Shown in pieces: positions 46,653 to 55,274 of a DNA stretch of 64,000 nt. Source of the stretch: a virus; IMG/VR virus record IMGVR_UViG_3300037461_000726, positions 2,973 through 66,972 of that record, one strand, 5' to 3'. The stretch's first letter is position 1; every line of letters starts with the position of its first letter. Below the pieces are notes generated by a model that was not told where the DNA came from, made no database searches, and worked only from the letters and a program-made list of their open reading frames with translations. Both the position numbers and the translations under genes were made by a program.

Positions 46653-47627
46653 ATGTTGACATACGATAAATATACAATTGATAGTACGGGTGCTTTTCTT
46701 ATAGGAGAGCTCGAAAGGTTGGACCAAACTCTTCATGAGCCGCTTTTTAATGTGACTTGGACAAGAGACATCGATTTACGCGAAGACGTAAGCATTGCCG
46801 ATGAAGTGTCAAGTTTCACCAACAGTTCATTTGCAACTCCGGGCACTCCCAATTCCACCGGCAAAAACTGGATTGGTAAGGCTTCAAACGCCATTGCAGG
46901 GCCTTCTCTGGACATCGGAAAGACCAGTTCGCCCTTATATCTCTGGGGCATTGAGATTTCCTATACCATTCCTGAGCTGCTTTCTGCTCAGCAGATGGGC
47001 CGCCCGGTTGATGCGCAGAAATACGCAGCGATGCAGATTAAATACCAGATGGACATTGACGAAATGGTGTATATCGGCGATGATACGCTTGGCAAATACG
47101 GGTTGGTCAATTCAACATCGGTCACCGCATCCAGTGTAGCAACAGGGGCATTGGGAACAACCGCATGGACCACCAAAACTGCCGATGAAATTCTGGAAGA
47201 CGTAAACAGTCTCATTCAGACGGCTTGGGAAGCCGCTGCTTACGCAGTATGCCCTAGCAAGATTCTTCTTCCCCCCGCGCAGTTTGCGTACATTACCAGT
47301 CAGAAAGTTTCAACTGCTGGTAACGTTTCCATTCTTACCTTCCTTGAGGACAACAGCATTGCTCTCAAGATAAATGGCAAGAAATTGGACATTCAGCCCT
47401 GTAAGTGGTTGACTGGCCGTGGGACCCCTGCCGGTTCTCCCTCTGCTGCAACTGACCGTATGGTTGCATACACTCAGGATAAAAATCGCGTTCGTTATCC
47501 GTTGGTCCCGTTACAGAGAACGCCGTTGGAATACAGAAGTATTTACCATTTAACCACGTATTTTGGCCGGTTGGGTGTGCTTGAAATCGTATACCCCGAC
47601 ACGCTGTATTACGCCGATGGTATATAA
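46653..47627 (+). CDS. Major capsid protein (DUF2184 type)
   Basis: DSTGAFLIGELERLDQTL.EPL, EISYTIPEL..AQQ.GRP.D, DRMVAY. Confidence 0.9.
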   Translation: MLTYDKYTIDSTGAFLIGELERLDQTLHEPLFNVTWTRDIDLREDVSIADEVSSFTNSSFATPGTPNSTGKNWIGKASNAIAGPSLDIGKTSSPLYLWGIEISYTIPELLSAQQMGRPVDAQKYAAMQIKYQMDIDEMVYIGDDTLGKYGLVNSTSVTASSVATGALGTTAWTTKTADEILEDVNSLIQTAWEAAAYAVCPSKILLPPAQFAYITSQKVSTAGNVSILTFLEDNSIALKINGKKLDIQPCKWLTGRGTPAGSPSAATDRMVAYTQDKNRVRYPLVPLQRTPLEYRSIYHLTTYFGRLGVLEIVYPDTLYYADGI

Positions 47628-47652
47628 CCAAAAATAAAAAAAGGAGAGAGAC

Positions 47653-48039
47653 ATGAAAAAAATTAATTTGAAAAGACCTATTGCGCTTCCGGTTGGTGAT
47701 AAAAGGATTTTACGTCCTGGAATTCACAACATTGAAGACGAGCTTTTTTCTAATTGGTTTATTCAGGGGATGATTTCAACTGGCGACATTATCGTGATAG
47801 ATGATGCCGCCAGTAAACCCTCTGTGCTTAAACCAAGCGGAGAAAAAAGGGTTGTGGTAGAAGTTATTCCAAAGAAGGCTGAAGTGGCAAAACCCGCTGA
47901 GCCGGTTGAATCAGTGAAACCCGTTGAACCGGTTGAGGAAGTAAAACCGATTGAGCCAATGAAACCCGTTGAACCGGTTATTGTAACCCCTGTTATTGAG
48001 GAAGTAAAACCGATTCCGAAAAAGAAGAAAAAGAAATAA
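47653..48039 (+). CDS. Head-associated protein with KP(V/I)EP repeats
   Basis: KPAEPVESVKPVEPVEEVKPIEPMKPVEPV; poly-K C-terminus. Confidence 0.6.
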   Translation: MKKINLKRPIALPVGDKRILRPGIHNIEDELFSNWFIQGMISTGDIIVIDDAASKPSVLKPSGEKRVVVEVIPKKAEVAKPAEPVESVKPVEPVEEVKPIEPMKPVEPVIVTPVIEEVKPIPKKKKKK

Positions 48040-48058
48040 GTTTTTAATCTTTATTTAG

Positions 48059-48095
48059 AAACCTTCTCTTTACATCGAGAAGGAGAAGGTTTTTA
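48059..48095 (+). terminator. Intrinsic terminator after the capsid genes
   Basis: AAACCTTCTC/GAGAAGGTTT 10-bp stem followed by T run. Confidence 0.65.
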
Positions 48096-48156
48096 TAATA
48101 GGATTAAATAGTAGTAGAGACAGAAGTACGACCCCCAAAAGAAAAAGGAGAGAGAC

Positions 48157-49626
48157 ATGGAATTAACGGTGATAGAAAAGTTAAATGCATCGGTGTTAGT
48201 TACTGGAGAAGACCTTCAATTTCTAACAGAAAACAGTGAAGCCTTTGAAAAAAGGTTTCGAACAAGGTCTTTGTTTCGTTCAAAGACTGAGATGATTGGT
48301 GGTGTTTTAAATGATATTGAACACCCTACCTCGGACAGTAAGTATTGGCAAGCGATAGGTGAACAAAATGTTCATTTAACGGAGTTAATCAATTTGAATT
48401 ATGAAAGTGGCAAGCTTCAAGCAGACAATGAATTATTGGAAGCAGAGATTGAAGAACTTGTAGAAGAACAACTTAAAGCCAACTCTGTACAGGCAAAAAT
48501 TATAGCTGCCAAAGTTAAAAAGAAAAAGATTGAACTCTCTCAAGGTAAGTTTAATCTTACTCAGCAATTGAAAACTGCTCAGGAAAGAATGAGGGAAGTA
48601 AGGACATGGGAGCCCATCATTAAAGAACTTGAAACACAATTAAAGTATGGTGATGAAGATTTTGGTTTACACCATGCTGAAAGATATGTGTTGCGGTATA
48701 AGGCAAAATTAAGTCAATCCGGACTTGCTCCCGACATAGCTGAAAATTACGCTTATAACCTTCATGGGTATGCAAATGCGTATAATAAAGAACATGCTGC
48801 AGAGTTGCCTATGGCCGAAGCACAAAGGCCTATTGCGATTGAAAAAGATGGGGTTATTAAAACTATCGAGACTCCTATTGATAAAAGTAAGTCTAATCAG
48901 ATAGACTTCAAATCTATGGAAGAGGCTGCCAGTACAGACCCGATTGTTAAGAGGTATTTTGAACATAGGGTCAGGCGGATAATGGTCGCTACACCGCATC
49001 GGTTGGAAACAGATTCAAATTGCACCAATTTTAATTCAATACAGCCCCCCGCTGGTGTAAGCACAATGCTGTTTTCTCCCTATGGTTATACAGTTGCTGA
49101 TGCAAGAAATATATGTGTGGAAAAAATTATTCAAAGTGAAGGGGATTATCTTTTGTTTGTTGATGATGATGTGATACTGCCCAAAGGAGCAGTCATCCAA
49201 CTTCTTAATCATAATGTGGATGTTGTTGCGGGGATTTATTATCGCAAGTACACTCCGTTGGAAACCTGTTCTATGCACTATAATAAAGACGGGTCTCCTA
49301 GCTCAATTAATGATTATCAAATTGGGGACTTGATTCCGGATACTCTTGTTGCTGGTTGTGGGTGTATGTTGATAAAAGTAGAGGCCTTGAAAAAGATGGA
49401 AGCTCCTTTGTTTAAGACCGTTACAATTCAGGATAGACCCGCGATGACAGAAGATTCTTATTTTTGTCAGAAACTAAGAGATTCAGGGATGTCAGTTCTT
49501 ACAGATACGGGAATTCAGTGTGTCCATGTTGATAAGGAGAATGGTATTTTTTACGGACATCCTGAAATTGTTGACATGGATAAAAATGAAATAAAGGAAA
49601 AACATAGACAGCATTATGCTGTGTAA
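48157..49626 (+). CDS. Coiled coil fused to GT-A (family 2-like) glycosyltransferase
   Basis: ARNICV, YLLFVDDDVILP, VVAGIY, GCGCMLIK, EDSYFCQK, DTGIQCVHV. Confidence 0.75.
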   Translation: MELTVIEKLNASVLVTGEDLQFLTENSEAFEKRFRTRSLFRSKTEMIGGVLNDIEHPTSDSKYWQAIGEQNVHLTELINLNYESGKLQADNELLEAEIEELVEEQLKANSVQAKIIAAKVKKKKIELSQGKFNLTQQLKTAQERMREVRTWEPIIKELETQLKYGDEDFGLHHAERYVLRYKAKLSQSGLAPDIAENYAYNLHGYANAYNKEHAAELPMAEAQRPIAIEKDGVIKTIETPIDKSKSNQIDFKSMEEAASTDPIVKRYFEHRVRRIMVATPHRLETDSNCTNFNSIQPPAGVSTMLFSPYGYTVADARNICVEKIIQSEGDYLLFVDDDVILPKGAVIQLLNHNVDVVAGIYYRKYTPLETCSMHYNKDGSPSSINDYQIGDLIPDTLVAGCGCMLIKVEALKKMEAPLFKTVTIQDRPAMTEDSYFCQKLRDSGMSVLTDTGIQCVHVDKENGIFYGHPEIVDMDKNEIKEKHRQHYAV

Positions 49627-49636
49627 GAGGTGACGT

Positions 49637-50161
49637 ATGCTTACATTAAAATCAAAATTATCCGAATATTTGGAAATGTCGATAAAGTCTATTTCTTGTG
49701 AGAATAAGGATGGTCTGGGTGGGCTTGAGTTTGTTGAAGGCCTTATTAAAAAATATGGGGATGTTAGTTTAAAAGAAGCATTGATGCCTTTTGATGGCAT
49801 TGCCGTTAAAGCAGGGATAATCAAAGAAATTTGGATAGTGCATGACATTATGGTTTTTGGCGAAGAAATGGATGCTGAAATAAGAGAGTTGTACCTATCC
49901 CAAATAATTGACCCTGTTGTTGCTTTTCATCTTCATAAAGATTGTCCTCATCTTACTGATAGGGAAGATAAAATATTACATGCAGTATTTGAAGGAAAAT
50001 TACCAAATGCTGAAATGGAGCTGGCAACGGGAGTTGTTGTAAGAGCCAAAACTGTAATGCTTGCGGAAGCTGCAAAGATTGCGGAAGCTGCAAAACTTAC
50101 GGAAGATATAAAAATTGCGGAAGACCCAAAGATTGTGGAAGATACAAAATTAAGTGAGTAG
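49637..50161 (+). CDS. Hypothetical protein
   Basis: RBS gaggtga; C-terminal KIAE/KIVED repeats. Confidence 0.55.
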   Translation: MLTLKSKLSEYLEMSIKSISCENKDGLGGLEFVEGLIKKYGDVSLKEALMPFDGIAVKAGIIKEIWIVHDIMVFGEEMDAEIRELYLSQIIDPVVAFHLHKDCPHLTDREDKILHAVFEGKLPNAEMELATGVVVRAKTVMLAEAAKIAEAAKLTEDIKIAEDPKIVEDTKLSE

Positions 50162-50168
50162 GTAATCA

Positions 50169-53100
50169 ATGCTTGTAACGAGTTGGAAATTTGCGGGAAC
50201 AGCATCGGGCACTAATTGGACTAACCCCAATAATGCCAAAGTGGCCGATTTGACTTATGCAACGTATGCTGTGGCAAAAAATGCATCGTCTGACCCGTTA
50301 ATTCTAACCAATTTTCTTTTTACAGCTTCGGACCTTCCTGCAGGTTCTACTATTGTTGGCATTGAAGCGGTAATGAAATGCTATGCAAGTGCAGCAACTA
50401 TCGATACTTCTGTTTATCTAAGATTAGCAGGAGCAAATATTGGGTTAAATTATGCTTCTGGTGTAGCATGGCCTCTTTCGGTGGACATAAGAAAATACGG
50501 CGGTTTTCTAAACATGTGGGGAACTTCCTTAACACAAGCAAATGCATTATTATCTACTTTTGGAATTTCCATTGTTGCGTATGGCAATGGTATTGGGTCT
50601 ACTGTCTCTGTGGATTTTATAGCTATCCGATTATGGTATAATGAACCAATACCCTCATTAAGTGCCTCAAGAGTATTAGCGGATGCTGATTTATCTTCTA
50701 TATCGTTAAGTGATGATGCGGATGGAACGATAACAACACCAAGCACAACTCCTGTTGTTGTTGATTCGTCTATAATTGCCCCCTTGATTCAAGGTGGTGA
50801 CGTTATACAAAATTATAAATTGAAATGGAAGAACTCTAATTATCTTTGTTGGACTGTAACTTCCAGTATGAATGTGGCAAGGGGCTCCTTATCTGGTTGT
50901 GGAACCACCTCCGCAGCCCTAGCGTTTGGTGGGAATAGTGGTGCACTTACAACAATTACAGAAATCTGGAATGGCACTGTATGGGCTATCACCAGTTCAA
51001 TGGTCGCTGCTGCAAGGTCTGTACTCGCAGGATGCGGAACAACATCCGCTGCATTAGCATTTGGAGGAAATTCCAGTGGTGCTTATGTGGTTACTACAGA
51101 AATTTGGTCTGGCTCTTCATGGGCAACCACCGCTAATATGACTTTTGCAAGAGGGCAATTATGTGGTTGCGGAACTACTGTAGCAGCGTTGAATTTCTTA
51201 GGAGTGTCTTCTTCCACATGGGAAAGAAGCAATGAAATTTGGAATGGAACCGCATGGGCAACAACAGCTCTTTGTATTTTGGGAAGAGCAGCATTAGGTG
51301 CGTGTGGAACCACTTCCGCAGCCCTGTCATTTGGTGGAGCAATAGGAGTGAGGCCAATTGTTGCTGCGAACACTGAAATCTGGTCTGGTACAGCATGGGC
51401 CACTACTACGAGTTTAAATAATGCTATATGCTATTCAGCTGGGTGTGGAACGACATCGGCAGCCCTATCTATTGGTGGTAATGCCAATATCACAGAAATC
51501 TGGTCTGGAACTGTATGGGCTACAACTATCTCATTGAACATAGTAAGGAATTATGCAGCTGGCTGTGGCACCACCTCTGCTGCATTGTCCTTCGGTGGAT
51601 ATACGGGAATTACAAATTTTGCACATACTGAAATATGGGGAAGCTCCTTTAGAGATTTTCAAATTAATACATGGGTTACCACTTCTGCATTAAATGTTGG
51701 AAGACAAAATTTAGCAGGATGTGGCACCACTTCCGCAGCCCTGTCATTTGGTGGTGGGACTAGTTCACATACCAACACAACAGAAATCTGGTCAGGTACT
51801 GCATGGGCTACGACTACAGTTTTGAATCAAGCAGTTTGGCAAGGAACTGGTTGTGGAACAACATCTGCAGCATTATCTTTTGGTGGATATACTGGAGCAG
51901 TGTATGGAGGGACAGAAATCTGGTCAGGTACTGCATGGGCTACCACATCTGCATTAAATGTTGGCAGGTATTTTTTAGCTGGTTGTGGAACAACATCTGC
52001 AGCATTATCTTTTGGTGGTATTTCTTCGGGAAGCACTTCTTTAGCAACTGTAGAAATTTGGTCTGGAAGTGTCTGGGCAACTACTTCTGCTTTAACCACA
52101 ATAAAACAACAATTAACTGGATGTGGAACATCGTTAGCAGCTTTTGCTTTTGGTGGTCTAACTGGTGGTGCAGAATTTTGGTCATCAAATATTTGGGTAA
52201 CTACTTTAGCATTAAATAGTGGACGGACAGTTTTGGCAAGTTGCGGAACGATATTGTCTGCTTTAGCTTTTGGCGGATATAGGTCAGCACCAGTAGCAGT
52301 TACAGAAATCTGGTCTGGAACTGTATGGGTAGTTACTTCTTCTTTAAATGCTGCAAGGCAAGGTTTAGCTGGTTGTGGTATAATAACTGATGCATTAAGT
52401 TTTGGTGGTTCGGCTTATACCGTTACAGAAAAATGGTTTGGTAATACTTCATACACGGCAAACTATTTAATTTGGATGGTCACTACCAATATGAATGCTG
52501 CTGTATCATGGGGAGCTGGTTGTGGTACATCTGTTGCTGCGTTAGGATTTGGTGGTGGTTTTGCAGTTGGGGTTACTACCACTGAAATTTGGTCAGAAAC
52601 CTCGTGGGCAACTACTGCGAGTTTGAATGTTGGGAGATATGGGCTTTCAAGTTGTGGCACAACCTCAGCAGCCTTATCGTTTGGTGGTGGTACTGCTTCG
52701 GCTGTTACCGAAAAATGGAGCGGAACAGCATGGGCAACTACAGCTAATATGAATGTTGGAAGGGGTGATTTGGCAGGATGTGGAACCACCGCAGCAGCGT
52801 TATGCTTTGGCAATACTGTGACTACAGAAATCTGGTCAGGCACTGCATGGGCAACTACAGCTAATATGAATGTTGGCAGGTATTTTTTAGCTGGTTGTGG
52901 AACAACATCTGCAGCATTATCTTTTGGTGGATATACAGGAGCTGCTGCCACAACAACTGAAATCTGGAGCGGAACAGCATGGGCAACCACTACTGCGTTA
53001 AACGTAGTAAGATATGTTAATGCGGGATGCGGAATTACATCAGCAGCTCTATGTTTTGGTGGTATGGCATCGGCGGGAAATAATATTGCACAAACAGAAA

Positions 53101-55271
53101 TTTGGAGTGGTACAGCATGGTCTTATACATCTTCGATGAATCAAGCCCGACAACATTTATCCGGTTGTGGAATAACATCGGCAGCATTATCCTTTGGTGG
53201 CATCTCTGGTGCTGGAACAACAATAGCCACAACAGAAATCTGGAGAAATCCGATTGAAATAGGTTGGTCTACAACATCTTCAAGTTTAACGGATGATGGA
53301 ACTGTAACATCAGGAATGCAGAAATGTGCTACTCCCACTTATCTTGCATGGGCAACCACTTCTAATATTAATGAAAAGAGACATTCTTTAGCAAGTTGCG
53401 GAACCACCTCTGCTGCTTTATGCTTTGGTGGTTATACGTTTGGCGGGGCTGGACAATCAAATAAAACAGAAAAGTGGAGTGGTACTGCTTGGGCAACGAC
53501 AGCTAATCTGAATACTGCAAGAATGGCACTGGCTGGCTGCGGCACAACTTCTGCAGCTTTAAGTTTTGGTGGTGGTGCTTCTGCGGGCGCTGCGTTGGGT
53601 AATACAGAAATCTGGAGTGGAACTGCATGGGCAACTACTTCTTCATTAAATGTAACAAAAGCAACTCATGCAGGATGTGGCACAACATCTGCTGCTTTAA
53701 GTTTCGGTGGCCATACTGGTGGTTACAATATTTCGGCAGTCACAGAAATCTGGAATAGTTCTGTATGGGCTACTACATCCAGTATGAATGTAACAAGGTA
53801 TGGAATTGCTGGTTGCGGGACATCAACTGATGCATTATCATTTGGAGGTAATTCATCGGCAACAACTTTAAGCATTGTAGAAAAATGGTCTGGAACCTCT
53901 TGGGCAACAACTACCAGTATGAGTTCGGTAAGGATGTATTTAGCTAGTTGTGGTACAGTAAGCAATGCGATGATTTTTGGTGGATACCCGGTAACGTCAA
54001 ATACAGAACTTTGGAATGGTTCTGTGTGGTCAGTTACGTTGTCTTTAAATACGGCAAGACAAGATTTAGCTGGTTGTGGCACAACCACAGCAGCACTAAG
54101 TATTGGTGGTGGAGGTTCGGCAGGAGATAGTGTGACAGAAAAATGGTCGGCTGTTTCTTATACTTGGGCGGATGGATTAGAAAATCTAGGAGATAATTTA
54201 TTACCTTCTTATTTAGTAGCTTGGGTAACCACCTCAAGTTTGAATACACTTTTAATGACACAAGCTGGATGTGGAACAACATCAGCTGCTTTATCTTTTG
54301 GTGGTAGTTCCACCACTACTGTTGGTTGGGTAAATACTACCGAAAAATGGAATAGTTCTATTTGGACAACAACATCTACTTTGAATACAGCCAGAAAAGC
54401 ATTAGCTGGATGTGGAACAACATTATCTGCATTAAGTTTTGGTGGTGGTACTGGAGGAATAGGTGGGTCTACTGCAACAGAAAAATGGTCAGGTACAGCA
54501 TGGGTAACAACAGCTGCATTAAATGATGGAAGATATGTGCAAGCTGGCTGTGGAACAACATCTGCTGCGTTGTCCTTTGGTGGTTGGAATATTGGTTCAT
54601 CTAATACGACAGAAAAGTGGTCAGGAACAGCATGGGCCACGACAGCTAATTTAAATACTGCAAGACATGGTATAGCTGGATGCGGGACATCAACCGATGC
54701 ACTATCCTTTGGTGGTTTGACAGGTAGTGTGGGTTTATCAACAACAGAAAAATGGTCAGGCTCTTCTTGGGCAACTACAACCGCGTTAAATGTTGCAAGA
54801 CATAGTTTAGCTGGAAGTGGTATTGTAAGTTCGGCATTATCTTTTGGGGGTCTTACTGGAGGTTCTGGTAATGGTCTTACAACGACTGAAAATTGGTCTG
54901 GGACTGTATGGGCAACTACTAACTCAATGAATGTTACAAGATTGTCTTTAGCAGGATGTGGAACAACAACTGATACATTAAGTATTGGTGGCATTACTAA
55001 TTCTGGTACTGGTATTCTTGGCACAACAGAAATTTGGTCTAGTGATTCAAGATTAACAACTCCCAAAGGAGCATACACTGAACTTCTTTGGGGAATAGGT
55101 TTAGAAAATGCGATAAAAAATTCTACATATGAACTTCAATTATATGATGTTCATATAGACATGCCAGTAGGGACGTTATTGGCAAAAATAATAACTGCTT
55201 TCTCCACTACTCCGGTATCAGCATTGTTATTTAGAAGAGGATTCACAGTACGAACAGGTTCAAGGAGCTAA
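50169..55271 (+). CDS. Kelch-repeat virion protein, five six-bladed propellers (putative receptor binding/decoration)
   Basis: 30 repeats of W-x-TT-x-x-LN-x-x-R-x-x-LAGCGTTSAALSFGG...TE-x-W in 5 blocks of 6. Confidence 0.85.
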   Translation: MLVTSWKFAGTASGTNWTNPNNAKVADLTYATYAVAKNASSDPLILTNFLFTASDLPAGSTIVGIEAVMKCYASAATIDTSVYLRLAGANIGLNYASGVAWPLSVDIRKYGGFLNMWGTSLTQANALLSTFGISIVAYGNGIGSTVSVDFIAIRLWYNEPIPSLSASRVLADADLSSISLSDDADGTITTPSTTPVVVDSSIIAPLIQGGDVIQNYKLKWKNSNYLCWTVTSSMNVARGSLSGCGTTSAALAFGGNSGALTTITEIWNGTVWAITSSMVAAARSVLAGCGTTSAALAFGGNSSGAYVVTTEIWSGSSWATTANMTFARGQLCGCGTTVAALNFLGVSSSTWERSNEIWNGTAWATTALCILGRAALGACGTTSAALSFGGAIGVRPIVAANTEIWSGTAWATTTSLNNAICYSAGCGTTSAALSIGGNANITEIWSGTVWATTISLNIVRNYAAGCGTTSAALSFGGYTGITNFAHTEIWGSSFRDFQINTWVTTSALNVGRQNLAGCGTTSAALSFGGGTSSHTNTTEIWSGTAWATTTVLNQAVWQGTGCGTTSAALSFGGYTGAVYGGTEIWSGTAWATTSALNVGRYFLAGCGTTSAALSFGGISSGSTSLATVEIWSGSVWATTSALTTIKQQLTGCGTSLAAFAFGGLTGGAEFWSSNIWVTTLALNSGRTVLASCGTILSALAFGGYRSAPVAVTEIWSGTVWVVTSSLNAARQGLAGCGIITDALSFGGSAYTVTEKWFGNTSYTANYLIWMVTTNMNAAVSWGAGCGTSVAALGFGGGFAVGVTTTEIWSETSWATTASLNVGRYGLSSCGTTSAALSFGGGTASAVTEKWSGTAWATTANMNVGRGDLAGCGTTAAALCFGNTVTTEIWSGTAWATTANMNVGRYFLAGCGTTSAALSFGGYTGAAATTTEIWSGTAWATTTALNVVRYVNAGCGITSAALCFGGMASAGNNIAQTEIWSGTAWSYTSSMNQARQHLSGCGITSAALSFGGISGAGTTIATTEIWRNPIEIGWSTTSSSLTDDGTVTSGMQKCATPTYLAWATTSNINEKRHSLASCGTTSAALCFGGYTFGGAGQSNKTEKWSGTAWATTANLNTARMALAGCGTTSAALSFGGGASAGAALGNTEIWSGTAWATTSSLNVTKATHAGCGTTSAALSFGGHTGGYNISAVTEIWNSSVWATTSSMNVTRYGIAGCGTSTDALSFGGNSSATTLSIVEKWSGTSWATTTSMSSVRMYLASCGTVSNAMIFGGYPVTSNTELWNGSVWSVTLSLNTARQDLAGCGTTTAALSIGGGGSAGDSVTEKWSAVSYTWADGLENLGDNLLPSYLVAWVTTSSLNTLLMTQAGCGTTSAALSFGGSSTTTVGWVNTTEKWNSSIWTTTSTLNTARKALAGCGTTLSALSFGGGTGGIGGSTATEKWSGTAWVTTAALNDGRYVQAGCGTTSAALSFGGWNIGSSNTTEKWSGTAWATTANLNTARHGIAGCGTSTDALSFGGLTGSVGLSTTEKWSGSSWATTTALNVARHSLAGSGIVSSALSFGGLTGGSGNGLTTTENWSGTVWATTNSMNVTRLSLAGCGTTTDTLSIGGITNSGTGILGTTEIWSSDSRLTTPKGAYTELLWGIGLENAIKNSTYELQLYDVHIDMPVGTLLAKIITAFSTTPVSALLFRRGFTVRTGSRS

Positions 55272-55274
55272 ATT

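Noticed and set aside
50169-55271. Diversity-generating retroelement target or template in the Kelch repeats
   Set aside because: No reverse transcriptase is present in the window, and repeat differences are not adenine-specific as far as I can see; they look like ordinary tandem divergence.
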